From contig JAMDEN010000083.1 of NCBI GenBank assembly GCA_023487035.1, forward strand, positions 1 through 52,333: a DNA stretch of 52,333 bases. Reading direction: 5' to 3'. The first letter of the stretch is position 1. Each line of letters starts with the position of its first letter. The notes under the pieces were generated by a model that saw only the letters and a list, made by a program, of their open reading frames with translations, was not told the DNA's origin and did no database searches. This document shows, one piece after another, positions 33,593 to 43,710 of the stretch. Position numbers and translations under genes: made by a program. The stretch comes from Actinomycetota bacterium (GTDB taxonomy: Bacteria; Actinomycetota; Humimicrobiia; Humimicrobiales; Humimicrobiaceae).

Positions 33593-33614
33593 TGTTATAC
33601 TATGTTGTATAACA
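33593..33614. promoter_or_regulatory. Palindromic operator overlapping the promoter of the plus-strand AbrB-VapC pair
   Basis: TGTTATAC-N6-GTATAACA containing a TATACT -10-like hexamer. Confidence 0.6.
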
Positions 33615-33625
33615 GAGGTGAAGGA

Positions 33626-33892
33626 ATGTTAGCAAAAGTTTTTAACAAAGGACAAATTGTAATACCTGCTACACTAAGAAAAAAATTCAGTATCGAAATA
33701 GGCGAGAGAGTGAACATTATTGTTGAGAAAGATGGTATTAAGATTATACCCGCAAAGAAGAGGGTGGACGCAAAAGAACTTCTGGGTGTATTTTACAAGT
33801 ATGCAAAAAACAAACCATTCCCGAAAGAAATAGAGATAGAGAAAGCAACAGAGGAAGAATTTGTTAAAGGATTCACAGATGAGAAACATTGA
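33626..33892 (+). CDS. AbrB/MazE/SpoVT family antitoxin
   Basis: KVFNKGQIVIPATLRKKFSI. Confidence 0.9.
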   Translation: MLAKVFNKGQIVIPATLRKKFSIEIGERVNIIVEKDGIKIIPAKKRVDAKELLGVFYKYAKNKPFPKEIEIEKATEEEFVKGFTDEKH

Positions 33893-34277
33893 TACAAATG
33901 TCTTTTTGCGTTTCCTTGTTACCGATAGAGAAAACCCGCCAAAGGGACTTCTAAGTTTTTTCTCAAAACTGCAGAAAAGTGAGGCCGAGGTATTTTGCCT
34001 TGACATTGTATTCTTTCAGGTAATATTCGTGCTAAAAAGCTTTTACCAAGTGGAAAAAGAAGAAATCATTAATAGGATGCTTGATTTGGTTTCATTTGAT
34101 GGTTTATATATGAAGGACAAAAGAGTAATTGAAAGAACTCTGGAAATATGGAAAGATTATTCAGGAGATGTTATTGACTGCTATATAGTGGCTAATATGG
34201 AAAAATCGGGTGAGAAAGAGATCGTAAGCTACGATAAGAGGGTTGAAAAGTTGGGCATCAAAAGGATGGAACCGTGA
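33879..34277 (+). CDS. PIN-domain (VapC) toxin
   Basis: IDTNVFLRFL, DVIDC and SYD motifs; overlaps the antitoxin. Confidence 0.88.
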   Translation: MRNIDTNVFLRFLVTDRENPPKGLLSFFSKLQKSEAEVFCLDIVFFQVIFVLKSFYQVEKEEIINRMLDLVSFDGLYMKDKRVIERTLEIWKDYSGDVIDCYIVANMEKSGEKEIVSYDKRVEKLGIKRMEP

Positions 34278-34429
34278 AGAACAATAACTGTTTCCTACTT
34301 GGTCCTCAAAGTCAAGCAAAATTCCAGAGTAAAAAGGCATGAAAATTCAAACCTTAAGTAAAAAATTATTCAATTTCATATCGTACAATAAATTAATAAG
34401 TTTTTAATATTAATATCATATTATATAAT

Positions 34430-34870
34430 TTATATAATTATGGTCTTTATTCCATATTCCTCTGCTAAATCCGTGAGCTTTTTATCTGAACATACAAATA
34501 CAATGTTTTGCAATTCAGAATTTAGTTGTAATGCAGTTGCAAGCTGAATAGAATCTAAAGGGGTTATATATTTCTTATCTATAAGGGTTACTGCTTTAAT
34601 AATATTTTCTGGTAAAACGTCTACTGTATTAATATTTTCAAGTGCTATATCATTAAAAAATTCTTTTTTAATTTTGGAATATATTTCGCTATTTAATTCT
34701 CTGGTTATCTCATTTTTTCTTTTTAAATTCGACATTATCTCAATTATGGTTACATCAGAAATATAAAAAGTACTATCAGTTTGGTTAAAAATATCATCAA
34801 TCTGTTCGGTTCCTTGTTCAGGAAAATACCTTTTAAATAAAGCACTTGTATCAATAAAATAATTATTCAT
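34430..34870 (-). CDS. PIN-domain (VapC) toxin
   Basis: YFIDTSALFKRY..E.G, LDSIQLATA and FVCSDKKL motifs. Confidence 0.92.
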   Translation of the reverse strand: MNNYFIDTSALFKRYFPEQGTEQIDDIFNQTDSTFYISDVTIIEIMSNLKRKNEITRELNSEIYSKIKKEFFNDIALENINTVDVLPENIIKAVTLIDKKYITPLDSIQLATALQLNSELQNIVFVCSDKKLTDLAEEYGIKTIII

Positions 34871-35159
34871 CAATTACAGCTTCCTTCTCCCTGATTTCTC
34901 TTACCTGTTCTGACATATCTGAATTAAAATCTTTAGCCATTTCCCTGACTTTAGATATGCCAATGCTTCCAAGGCTTTCTTTATATGCATAATTTAAAAG
35001 CTTAATTTTATTGCTATCTTGAGGTAAAGGCTTAAGAATCAGATTTCCATCTTGAATATAAGCGCTCATATACATTCCTTCTTTTACATTTATTTTTTCT
35101 CTTAAAGCTTTTGGAATGGTTATTTGTCCTTTAGATGTTATTTTTATTTTGCTAATCAT
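34863..35159 (-). CDS. AbrB/MazE/SpoVT family antitoxin
   Basis: KITSKGQITIPKALREKINVKEG; CTTACT repeated three times just upstream. Confidence 0.9.
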   Translation of the reverse strand: MISKIKITSKGQITIPKALREKINVKEGMYMSAYIQDGNLILKPLPQDSNKIKLLNYAYKESLGSIGISKVREMAKDFNSDMSEQVREIREKEAVIDE

Positions 35160-35541
35160 TATAATTAATCCTTACTTCTTACTCCTTACTTTATTTTATT
35201 GTATTGTATTATTTTTTTTAAAAAGTAGCAATATATTTGTTTATGTGAATTTAAAACTATTCCATTATTTCAGATGAAAATTCCCTCTGCTATTAAAGGA
35301 ACCTGTTTAGTTTGCGAAACAAAAGTTTTTAAAATTAAATCGAACAAAAATCATTTAGGAGATTAAGAAAAATTTGAATAAATTTTTAAATTGCAATGGG
35401 TTTTATGTTTAATTCTAAATGAAGATTATTTTTTTTCTCCATAAAGTAGCATGCTTTTTGATTGAAATTTGTTACATTTTTCGATTGAAAAAACAGATGT
35501 TGAAAACGGTATGAAATCATTTAAGGGATTTTTATAATTTT

Positions 35542-35988
35542 TTATGTTTGTTTTTTTACCAATTCTAAAAATTCTTTAGGAGTTAGTATTGTTATTGGTA
35601 GATTTGCCTGCCTTATAGCTTCTGTCTGAAAGTGCTTACGGTCTAAGGTAATAAGAAAATCGGATTTGCTTTCCAGGGCACTAACAAGCACATGGCGGTC
35701 CTTTAAAGCAATAACATCATCATACTGGCTTAGTTTTTCTTTAGTTGGTGGTTTAATAATGTCTGGATTAAGATTACCTATTTCCTTATAGAAACATAGG
35801 AGAGCTTCAGAGGATAACTTCTTGCGAACATTTCTCTGAGCTTCTAAGAGAATTTTCCGGGTTGTAACAGCAGAAAAGCAGAGTCCTCTACAAACCTCCA
35901 AAATTAAAGAAGAACCGCCACTGGCAGACCCTGCAGCAGCAACAAAAATAGAGGCATCCAGAAAAACTTTCTTCTTTTTCACAACCAT
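35542..35988 (-). CDS. PIN-domain toxin (PIN_3-like)
   Basis: VFLDASIFVAA, KDRHVL and LITLDRKHF motifs. Confidence 0.9.
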   Translation of the reverse strand: MVVKKKKVFLDASIFVAAAGSASGGSSLILEVCRGLCFSAVTTRKILLEAQRNVRKKLSSEALLCFYKEIGNLNPDIIKPPTKEKLSQYDDVIALKDRHVLVSALESKSDFLITLDRKHFQTEAIRQANLPITILTPKEFLELVKKQT

Positions 35989-35989
35989 A

Positions 35990-36280
35990 TTAAAGTTTCC
36001 CCTCAGTAAGAAGCCTTTTTACAGTTCTGACTGTTTCCTGATCTATCTTATCATCCTGTAGAAACTGGGAAATTTCTTTGTCAGTGTATTCCCTCAGTTC
36101 TTCCTCATCAACTTCCCGGACTATGGCAGGGACAATCTCTATTTTGTTCCCTTTTAAAGCAAGGCTTAAAATAGTATTGGAGTCTATTCCAAGTTTTTTA
36201 CGAAACTCTATCGGGATAGTGATTTGTCCTCTAGATAATGGTCTAACAAGTTTAGTCATAAGCTTTTCCCGCTCAGCCAA
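35990..36280 (-). CDS. AbrB/MazE/SpoVT family antitoxin
   Basis: RGQITIPIEFRKKLGI; likely TTG start after GAGGAGG. Confidence 0.88.
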   Translation of the reverse strand: MAEREKLMTKLVRPLSRGQITIPIEFRKKLGIDSNTILSLALKGNKIEIVPAIVREVDEEELREYTDKEISQFLQDDKIDQETVRTVKRLLTEGKL

Positions 36281-36765
36281 TCTGAACACCTCCTCTTTTC
36301 GGATTATCAATAATACGTATTTATTGTAATACGGAAATACTATTTGTCAATAATCAAAATTTTAATTATATTCTCCCAGAGGCGCATACCAGATGAAAAT
36401 AAGCCAAAACATTAAAAAATAACTATAAGCATTAATATAACCAATATAACCAGATAATGAGTAAAGAAGCAAAGAAAAACAAAAACAGCCAGAGAAAGGC
36501 ACTTCTTTCTCTTATCTATCAGCCGGAACTATTTGATTTTATAAACACCAGTTCCTGAAATTAAAAGTTTTAACCTTTATAACGATTTTCATAAACACAG
36601 GCAGTAAAACTTACTCTTAGCATCTCTAAGGCATTTAAATAATACTCCTATGAAGATTTTAATGACCTTATACTCTGTAATTTTGCTTGATTTTGAAGAT
36701 TATTTACAAGTAGCAATATTTTTTAATTAAAATATAGTAAGTATGGTTTTAAGTCAATATAATGG

Positions 36766-37137
36766 CTATTTTTTAAAATATTTTACACTTTCTAAATCTT
36801 TAAAATGAGAGTCTTGGGTCCAGACTATTGCATCATACATCCTGGCAGTTGCATATATTATACTGTCAGCCATTGGCATTTTAAATTTTATGCTTAGCCT
36901 GGCTGCAAGAATTGATATTGAATTTGTTACATCTATAACTTTTGCCTGCTGCATTAACGCTGCAGCCTGGATAGCTTCATTTTCATCTTTTTCTGATAAT
37001 ACCTTTTTATATACTTCATATAAATTAATGACTGATATAATAACTTCAGTAGTATTTTCAATTACTGGAGCAAAGAATTCAGCATTATTGCCATCTGTAA
37101 AATATTCTAACCAAGCTGATGAATCAATTAAATTCAT
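36766..37137 (-). CDS. PIN-domain (VapC) toxin
   Basis: LIDSSAWLEY, LYEVYK, MADSIIYATA and WTQDSHF motifs. Confidence 0.93.
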   Translation of the reverse strand: MNLIDSSAWLEYFTDGNNAEFFAPVIENTTEVIISVINLYEVYKKVLSEKDENEAIQAAALMQQAKVIDVTNSISILAARLSIKFKMPMADSIIYATARMYDAIVWTQDSHFKDLESVKYFKK

Positions 37138-37340
37138 ATCCTGTCTTCTTCCCTAAAAATATCAGAATTCATACCTTTTAGAAAACCTCGAGCATCTTTA
37201 ATATCTTTTAAAATAATATATTCTATTCGATCTTCTTCCTGAATTACCTGTAACTTTTGACCTGGTTTTAATTTTAATTTTTCACGTATTTCTTTAGGAA
37301 TCACTACCTGATATTTCGGTGAAACTGTTATTGTCTTCAT
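37134..37340 (-). CDS. AbrB/MazE/SpoVT family antitoxin
   Basis: VSPKYQVVIPKEIREKLKLKPG; 4-bp overlap with vapC. Confidence 0.92.
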   Translation of the reverse strand: MKTITVSPKYQVVIPKEIREKLKLKPGQKLQVIQEEDRIEYIILKDIKDARGFLKGMNSDIFREEDRI

Positions 37341-37580
37341 TTTAATCTCCATTAAAATTTCTATTACTTTTACATAGTAATATATCGATAGTTATTTAGT
37401 ATGTCAATATTTTAACGATATTTTAGTGAGATAAATTTTAAATTGACAATATTATTTAGTAAATCAATTTAAATTTAATCATATTTTAAATATATGTTAA
37501 ATCTAATTATTTTAATAATATTTATTTAATTAAGTGGTTATATCAAATAATACATCCCAGTGGCACTGCGGCATGTCAGA

Positions 37581-37598
37581 TTATACGTCCCTGTGACA
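37581..37598. repeat. 18-bp direct repeat, copy 1 (att-like or REP-like)
   Basis: TTATACGTCCCTGTGACA, identical at 51687-51704. Confidence 0.8.
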
Positions 37599-37644
37599 TT
37601 CCCGTGACAATTATTTATTTACTAAGCCAATTATTTTTTTAATA

Positions 37645-39015
37645 TTAGTGCGCAGGCCAGTACTTTATATTTAAAGTTATTCCAGTTTGATCATATTCCC
37701 AGCCATCCCATACACCATCACCATCATTATTTGGAGATGTAAAACCAACAAGTAATTGAAAACGCTGTTTTCCTGAATTTATTGCATTTTGTATTTGAGT
37801 TTTAAGAGCATCTCCATAATAGGAAAAACTTGGAGCAGCTGCACTATAAATTGGTATCCCGCTTATAGAAAATAATGACTGTGAAATAGGAGTTGGACCA
37901 TAATTAACAACTTCTACTACCATTAAAGAACCTGCATGTTCAGTTGGATTACCATAGGTTTTCTTTAAAAGAAAAGTAACTGAAGCCCAGTCAATAGTAG
38001 CTCCTGCAAGAGATGAGATATCATAACTCATAAATCCATAACAATAATTATTTGCTCCAGAATCTCCAGCATAAACGCAACCACCTGCATTAGTTATCCC
38101 GCCATGTTCAATATAACCTCCTTCTGAATAAACAGCAGGAACTTTTAAGGTAATTAAAGAAAGTAAAACTACATTTACATTTTTAGTTTTTACAGTAATG
38201 CCACCATGCCCATCATTTACGGTTAATGTTAAAGTATAATTTCCTGCTGCTGCAGGTGCTTTCCACTGAGCAGGATTAATATTGGGATTAATCCATGTTC
38301 CGCCTGTAGAAGACCAGGCATAAGTTAATGCATCACCATCAGAATCTGATGCTGCTGCTGAAGCTACATAAACGGAATCAGTATATAAAGTACCGGATGA
38401 AACATTAATATCTGCAACATCAGGTGGATGATTTACAGGTATTGACGAGGAGCTTGAGCTTGAACTTGAGCTTGCTGATCCCGGAGCAGTCAAATTAATA
38501 TTTGCTGATGCTGTTCCAACAGAATTTTTAGCTGTTGCTATTAAATTATAAACCTCACCAGGATGAAGATTTACCTGTGCTTTTTTATTTCCCCATGCTC
38601 CATTACTATCATCTTTACTCCAGGTAACAGTTGGATTTGGATTACCTGTAACATGAGCTTCTACTCTGAAATAATAAATATTATCTGCTGCAGAATAAGT
38701 TGGACCTTCATATATATTTAAATCTATAGTCGGACTTCCAGATGCCGATGAAGAAGTTGAAGTTGTTACAGCAGAACTGCTTTGCGTGGTAGATGACTCT
38801 CCTGATATCTGTGTAGTGGAACTTCCCTGATCATTCGAACTTGTTGTAGATTAATTTCCTGTTCCACCTGAAGTATTACTTTGACTTACACTCGTAGAAC
38901 CTTCAGAACTTGAAGTTACTGCCTGGCTAAAACAATTATTGCATATTGCAGCTGTGCTGAAAATTAATACAGTAATTAGTGCCAATAAAATGAGATAAAT
39001 TTTTTTTGTACTCAT
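37645..39015 (-). pseudogene. Secreted/surface Ser-Thr-rich protein with Ig/PKD-like domains, interrupted by one in-frame TAA (codon 55)
   Basis: ATG at 39015 after GGAGG; MSTKKIYLILL...STAAICNNC signal region; TAA at 38851-38853; the same frame then stays open into the track ORF (NHPP...DSDGDALTYAW...YTLTLTVNDGHGG). Confidence 0.8.
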
Positions 39016-39431
39016 ATTTGGCCTCCATTTTGATTTTTAATACACTCTTTTTGTTTTTTATTATTAATTTAATATTTTTATTAAATATATTTAAACAATT
39101 ATTATTAATATTTTTATTTTATAACAATATTTTAATAAAAAATATATAAAAAATATTATTTTATTCAGAAATTTCAAAATTATAAAAAATTACTTAAAAA
39201 AGGGAAAAAATAAAGAAAATTGTCAAATAATTTCTAAATTTCTAAATTAAGATTACCTGATTCTTTATAAAAGCTCAAATAGAGCCTCAATGGATAAAAA
39301 GAAGTTAACATAAAAGTTTAAACCTTTGAAGTTTTTAATATTTTTTGTGATAAAATAACTTCTTATAATAATGGTTAAAGAATTTTTAAATTTGATAATT
39401 AAAATATTTAAAATCAGATAACGGGAGTAAT

Positions 39432-40202
39432 ATGAAAAATATAGCAATTGTTTGTGATGTAATGAAGGGCGAGTTAGAAAGATTAAAAAGCCTTAAAAAA
39501 TTAAATAATTTAGATATTGTATTTCTTGAGCAACACTTGCATGACACTCCAGATAAAATGAGAGAAAAACTACAGGAAGAAATAAATAAGGTAGATGATA
39601 GATATGATAAGATAATACTGGGATATGGTCTGTGCAGCAACGGTGTTGTGGGGCTTAAATCAGATAAACATGAAATAATAATCCCTAAAGTAGATGATTG
39701 CATTAGCCTTTTTTTAGGTTCAAAAGAAAAATATATAGAGGAGTTTAAAAAGGATCCGGCAACATATTATCTATGTAAAGGATGGATTGAATACGGAAGT
39801 GACCCTTACAGGGGCTATCTGGTAAATACTGATCAGGAATATAAGATCCCGCAAGGATGGATAAGAAATAGAGAAAGATACGGAAGAAAAGGGATGGATG
39901 AGGAAACTTCCAAATTCCTTATAGCGCAGATGATGAGAAACTATAACAGGGTGCTTCTTATTGATAATAACGATCTTGAGGAAATCCATAGAAAATATGC
40001 CCAGGATATGGTCGATTTCCTTAGCAACCTCTTAGATAAAAAAATTGAGCTCGTTGAAATAAAGGCTTCACCCGAACTTTTAGAAAAACTATGTTGTAAT
40101 AAATGGAATGGAAATATTAATTACAAGGATAATGATTATATTAAAAATAACTTTGTCATTATCCCCAAAGGTAAGAAGGTATCCCAGGAAGAGTTTATGT
40201 AA
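39432..40202 (+). CDS. DUF1638 family protein
   Basis: LH..PDKM...LQE, ILGYGLCSNG, P.VDDCISLFLGS and TYYL.KGW motifs. Confidence 0.88.
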   Translation: MKNIAIVCDVMKGELERLKSLKKLNNLDIVFLEQHLHDTPDKMREKLQEEINKVDDRYDKIILGYGLCSNGVVGLKSDKHEIIIPKVDDCISLFLGSKEKYIEEFKKDPATYYLCKGWIEYGSDPYRGYLVNTDQEYKIPQGWIRNRERYGRKGMDEETSKFLIAQMMRNYNRVLLIDNNDLEEIHRKYAQDMVDFLSNLLDKKIELVEIKASPELLEKLCCNKWNGNINYKDNDYIKNNFVIIPKGKKVSQEEFM

Positions 40203-41397
40203 TTTTTATATATGGTATTGACTTTAAAAATTCTTCCAAATCATAAATATTTTTAATCTCAACTTTCTTTTTACTGGTAATACTATTAAAAACATGTCTC
40301 TGTTTTTCATTCATTTCAGAATTATATTTGACTTCAATCAAAGTTTTATCATAAGTTAAGAAATCAATCTCAAACCCATCTTTATAAATATAACAGGGAT
40401 TGAAATTTTTGATTTTTAAATAAACATAATTTTCAAATAAACTACCAAGATCTTTAAATCCAGTAAAAAGAGATTTAATTCCAAGATCTGAAGCATAAAC
40501 TTTTTTTGGTGACAATATTTTTTCATTAGTTTTACCACATCTTGTAACAGTATATATTAAGTAAGATTCAATAAACATATCAAAATATCTTTTTGATGAA
40601 TCAGGAGAAATGTCTAAAATTTTCGCAATTTTATTTAAGCTCACCTGCTTGCCTACTCTTTCCATAAGAAGAATAAAAAAATCTTTGAGGATGCCTACAT
40701 TTTTGACTTTATATAAATTTGCAATATCTTTATTTATCACATCATCAACAAGTTCCTTTAAGTATTCAATATCTCCATTTAAAACATATTCTGGAATGCC
40801 CCCAGTTTTCATATAATCTTTAAAATATTCCTGAACCAAATTTAAATCCATCTTAGAAATTTTTATTTTCCTGAAATCAAGAAATTCCTCAAAATCAAGA
40901 GGCAATAATTCAATTAAAATATATCTTCCAACAAGATAAGGTTTTCTGCTTCTAAGAACTGAAGAACTTGAAGAACTTGCAAAAATTTTTACATTACTCA
41001 TGTCATAAAGATTTTTTAGTTGAATCTCATAATCATTTTTATAAGTTATTTCATCAAGAAAAACAAAAATTTTATCAGAAAAAGAAATCTTATGAATTTT
41101 TCTGTATTCTTCTATTATTTCAATTATGTTATTTTTTAATAACAAGTAATCATCAAGACTGATATAAAATATTTTATTGCGACTGATATTTTTATCTTCA
41201 AGTAATTTTTTGATCACTAATTTAAATATGGTAGTTTTTCCAACACGTCTTAAACCTGTAAGAAATATAATTTCTTTTGAAGATAATTTTTCAACAAGTA
41301 ACTTGGTAATATTTTTCCTGTCATATATATCTCTTAAAGTATAGTCCCCTTCCCACCAGGGATTATATCTGTAAAAGAGTTCCTCAAGATCTTCCAT
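40195..41397 (-). CDS. AAA_14 ATPase with DUF4143-like region
   Basis: YNPWW, GLRRVGKT, FLDEI, LLPLDFEEF, GGIPE, K.Y..DLG, FENYV and EIDF...IEVK motifs. Confidence 0.88.
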   Translation of the reverse strand: MEDLEELFYRYNPWWEGDYTLRDIYDRKNITKLLVEKLSSKEIIFLTGLRRVGKTTIFKLVIKKLLEDKNISRNKIFYISLDDYLLLKNNIIEIIEEYRKIHKISFSDKIFVFLDEITYKNDYEIQLKNLYDMSNVKIFASSSSSSVLRSRKPYLVGRYILIELLPLDFEEFLDFRKIKISKMDLNLVQEYFKDYMKTGGIPEYVLNGDIEYLKELVDDVINKDIANLYKVKNVGILKDFFILLMERVGKQVSLNKIAKILDISPDSSKRYFDMFIESYLIYTVTRCGKTNEKILSPKKVYASDLGIKSLFTGFKDLGSLFENYVYLKIKNFNPCYIYKDGFEIDFLTYDKTLIEVKYNSEMNEKQRHVFNSITSKKKVEIKNIYDLEEFLKSIPYIKIT

Positions 41398-41442
41398 CTT
41401 TCCACCTATTATTATTTTGGAATAATAAATTAGTTTTAATAA

Positions 41443-41482
41443 TTATACGTCTATATCGTATAAAATGTCAAATTATTATACG
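41443..41482. promoter_or_regulatory. Promoter/operator of the AAA_14 ATPase gene
   Basis: TTATACG (41443), CGTATAA (41457) and TTATACG (41476) around a minus-strand TTGACA at 41466-41471. Confidence 0.55.
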
Positions 41483-41523
41483 ATTTCAGTTTAAAATAGC
41501 AGAATTTAATTTATTATAATTGA

Positions 41524-42930
41524 TTAAAATATATAAGGTTCATCTTTATTTATTAAAAAAATGTTTTTTTCGTTTTTGGCTATTTTTATAAGGTCTTTTG
41601 TAAATCCTGAGCGCGAAAATAATATATAATATTCTTTTCTTTTTTCTTCTTCCCGCTTAACAAATGAGCTTTTCTTTTTTAATTCATACAATATATTTAT
41701 CCCTACCTTTTTATTTGACCATTTTGCTTCACCAAAAAGAATATTATTATTATCATTATTAATAGCAACAATATCAATTTCGATAGATTCCTTACCTATT
41801 GTATCCCACCAGCTTCCTATTTTTTGAAATTTAAGAACATCTTTTAATTTTACTTGAATAATTTCCTTGCAAACATCTTGATATATTAAAGATGTTGTAA
41901 AGTTAAATTGTTTATCAAAAAACTTAAAAATTTCATCCAAATCTCCAAATTCAATCTCACTTTTAAAAGGAAGTAGGTATTTAAACCAAAAATTTAAAAA
42001 TGGATCAATTATTTTGTATAAACCTTTGCGTGATTTCTCTGGTTTTTCTTCAGTTATCGGAACTCCCTTTCTAATTAACTGAAACTCTTCAAGAACATAT
42101 AAATATTTATGAATGGATGTTTTACTTAATCCGGTGTAATTTAATATTTCTCCAAATTTAGTTTTTCCAAGTGATAAAGCTTTAAGTATGGCAAAATAAA
42201 TTCTTAGCTCTGACAACTGCTCACTTAAAATAATATTTCCCTCATCATATAAAACTGAATTTTTATTAAAAATATTTTCTTTTAAGTTATCACGAAAAGA
42301 TATTTTAGGATTAAACTGTTTTAGATAAAGTGGGATACCTCCACATATTGAATATATATTTAGAAAATTATCAAAACTTAATTCAGGGAAAAACCCCCAT
42401 GCATCATAAAAATTTAAAGGTTTTAAAAATATTTGACCTGTTCTTCTTCCGTATAATGGTGCATTGTGTGCAATTGTTTCCTTAAGCATCATTGATATAC
42501 TTGAACCGCACAAAATTAAAAAAACAGGCAAATACTTTAATATTTCATCCCAACCCTTCTGAAAAACAGAGGATATTGCTTTATTGGATGAAAAAAGATA
42601 TGGAAATTCATCAATGGCTATAACTATTCTTTCTTTAACTGTATCTTTCAAAAAATTAAAAAACTGATACCAATCATTGAAACCATTTTCGATAACAATG
42701 GAACTTCCAAACTTGTTACCCACTATTCTGCCAAGGTTTCTTAGATTTTCTTTCTCTGTTGCTCTATCACATAAATAATAAATAGAATTTTTATTTTTTA
42801 AAAATTCCTTTATAAGCTCAGTTTTTCCAATTCTTCGCTTCCCATATATTATAATAAATTGAGACTCTTTCTTAACCCATATTTTATTTAGAAATTCCAG
42901 TTCTAATTTTCTGTCTATAAATTTATACAT
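41524..42930 (-). CDS. Archaeal-type ATPase (COG1672-like) with wHTH, DUF234 and PD-(D/E)xK-like tail
   Basis: FIDRKLEL, YGKRRIGKT, IDEFPY, CGSS, GGIPLYL, DPFLNFWF and EIDIVA...GEAKW motifs. Confidence 0.9.
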   Translation of the reverse strand: MYKFIDRKLELEFLNKIWVKKESQFIIIYGKRRIGKTELIKEFLKNKNSIYYLCDRATEKENLRNLGRIVGNKFGSSIVIENGFNDWYQFFNFLKDTVKERIVIAIDEFPYLFSSNKAISSVFQKGWDEILKYLPVFLILCGSSISMMLKETIAHNAPLYGRRTGQIFLKPLNFYDAWGFFPELSFDNFLNIYSICGGIPLYLKQFNPKISFRDNLKENIFNKNSVLYDEGNIILSEQLSELRIYFAILKALSLGKTKFGEILNYTGLSKTSIHKYLYVLEEFQLIRKGVPITEEKPEKSRKGLYKIIDPFLNFWFKYLLPFKSEIEFGDLDEIFKFFDKQFNFTTSLIYQDVCKEIIQVKLKDVLKFQKIGSWWDTIGKESIEIDIVAINNDNNNILFGEAKWSNKKVGINILYELKKKSSFVKREEEKRKEYYILFSRSGFTKDLIKIAKNEKNIFLINKDEPYIF

Positions 42931-42992
42931 AATATTATAACAATGTTGTAATATAACCTGTATAATTTTAATAATTAACCCTTATTAAAATA

Positions 42993-43029
42993 TAGTCTAC
43001 TTTAAAGTAGTCTAATACAAAGTAGACTA
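42993..43029. promoter_or_regulatory. Triple 11-bp box upstream of the ATPase gene (probable operator)
   Basis: TAGTCTACTTT (42993), AAAGTAGTCTA (43004) and AAAGTAGACTA (43019). Confidence 0.6.
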
Positions 43030-43107
43030 AAATTCAAGTTTTATTGTATATCAGTTATGGCTCAGATATTACTCCTGCAAAGGAGCTTGAAAGACTGCTA
43101 AGGCAAA

Positions 43108-43671
43108 TTACTTATTTTTTTCTTTTAATAAATATTGTTTACCTAAATCAGTAATTTTCCAAATCCCTCTTTGAGAATCTGACGATAGCAATCCCTCATT
43201 CACCATAGTATTGCGACACCATTGTGCAGAATTTTCCCATCTTACCTGGTTGGGATTTGATAATAATGGTTCTTTATCATAATCATTTAAGCGATCCTTC
43301 ATCTTAATATAAACTTTTTGTAAAGCTTCTTTCATTTTTGCTTCACCATTTAATTCTACTAAAGTTTCTAAAATTGGAATCCTAAATTCTTTTTCATTTG
43401 TTTTTAGCCCTTTTTGTAATTTCTTCGATTTCTTTCTTCTTTTAATCTTTACAGGCAATTTTTCGATGAAAATGCTTTTCCATTCTTTTTGCAGTTCTTT
43501 TACTTTGTCTCTAAAAGCAATTAATTTTGTTGCATTTTCACTTAGAATTTTTGCTTTTTCATAATTTTGACTTTTAAATGATTTTTCGCCTTCATTATTT
43601 AATGAATCTAAGACATTTTCAATTTCACCTAATAATATTTCAAAAGCACTATTAACTTCATTCCTCTCCAT
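43108..43671 (-). CDS. Coiled-coil plus Mrr N-terminal-like winged-helix protein, no nuclease domain
   Basis: FRIPILETL..L.G, RWENSAQWCRN.MV.EGLL and RGIWKITDLG motifs; AGGAGG RBS. Confidence 0.75.
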   Translation of the reverse strand: MERNEVNSAFEILLGEIENVLDSLNNEGEKSFKSQNYEKAKILSENATKLIAFRDKVKELQKEWKSIFIEKLPVKIKRRKKSKKLQKGLKTNEKEFRIPILETLVELNGEAKMKEALQKVYIKMKDRLNDYDKEPLLSNPNQVRWENSAQWCRNTMVNEGLLSSDSQRGIWKITDLGKQYLLKEKNK

Positions 43672-43710
43672 AAAAGCCTCCTAAGAAAAATAAATAACTT
43701 AAAAAAAATA

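Noticed and set aside
36360-36730. Possible gene remnants between TA modules (a hydrophobic fragment and a transposase-like fragment)
   Set aside because: Fragments are too short and interrupted to assign without a search.
37473-37502. dif/Xer-like site ending ATATGTTAAAT
   Set aside because: Only one arm resembles XerD, the spacing is off, and such matches are expected in very AT-rich DNA.
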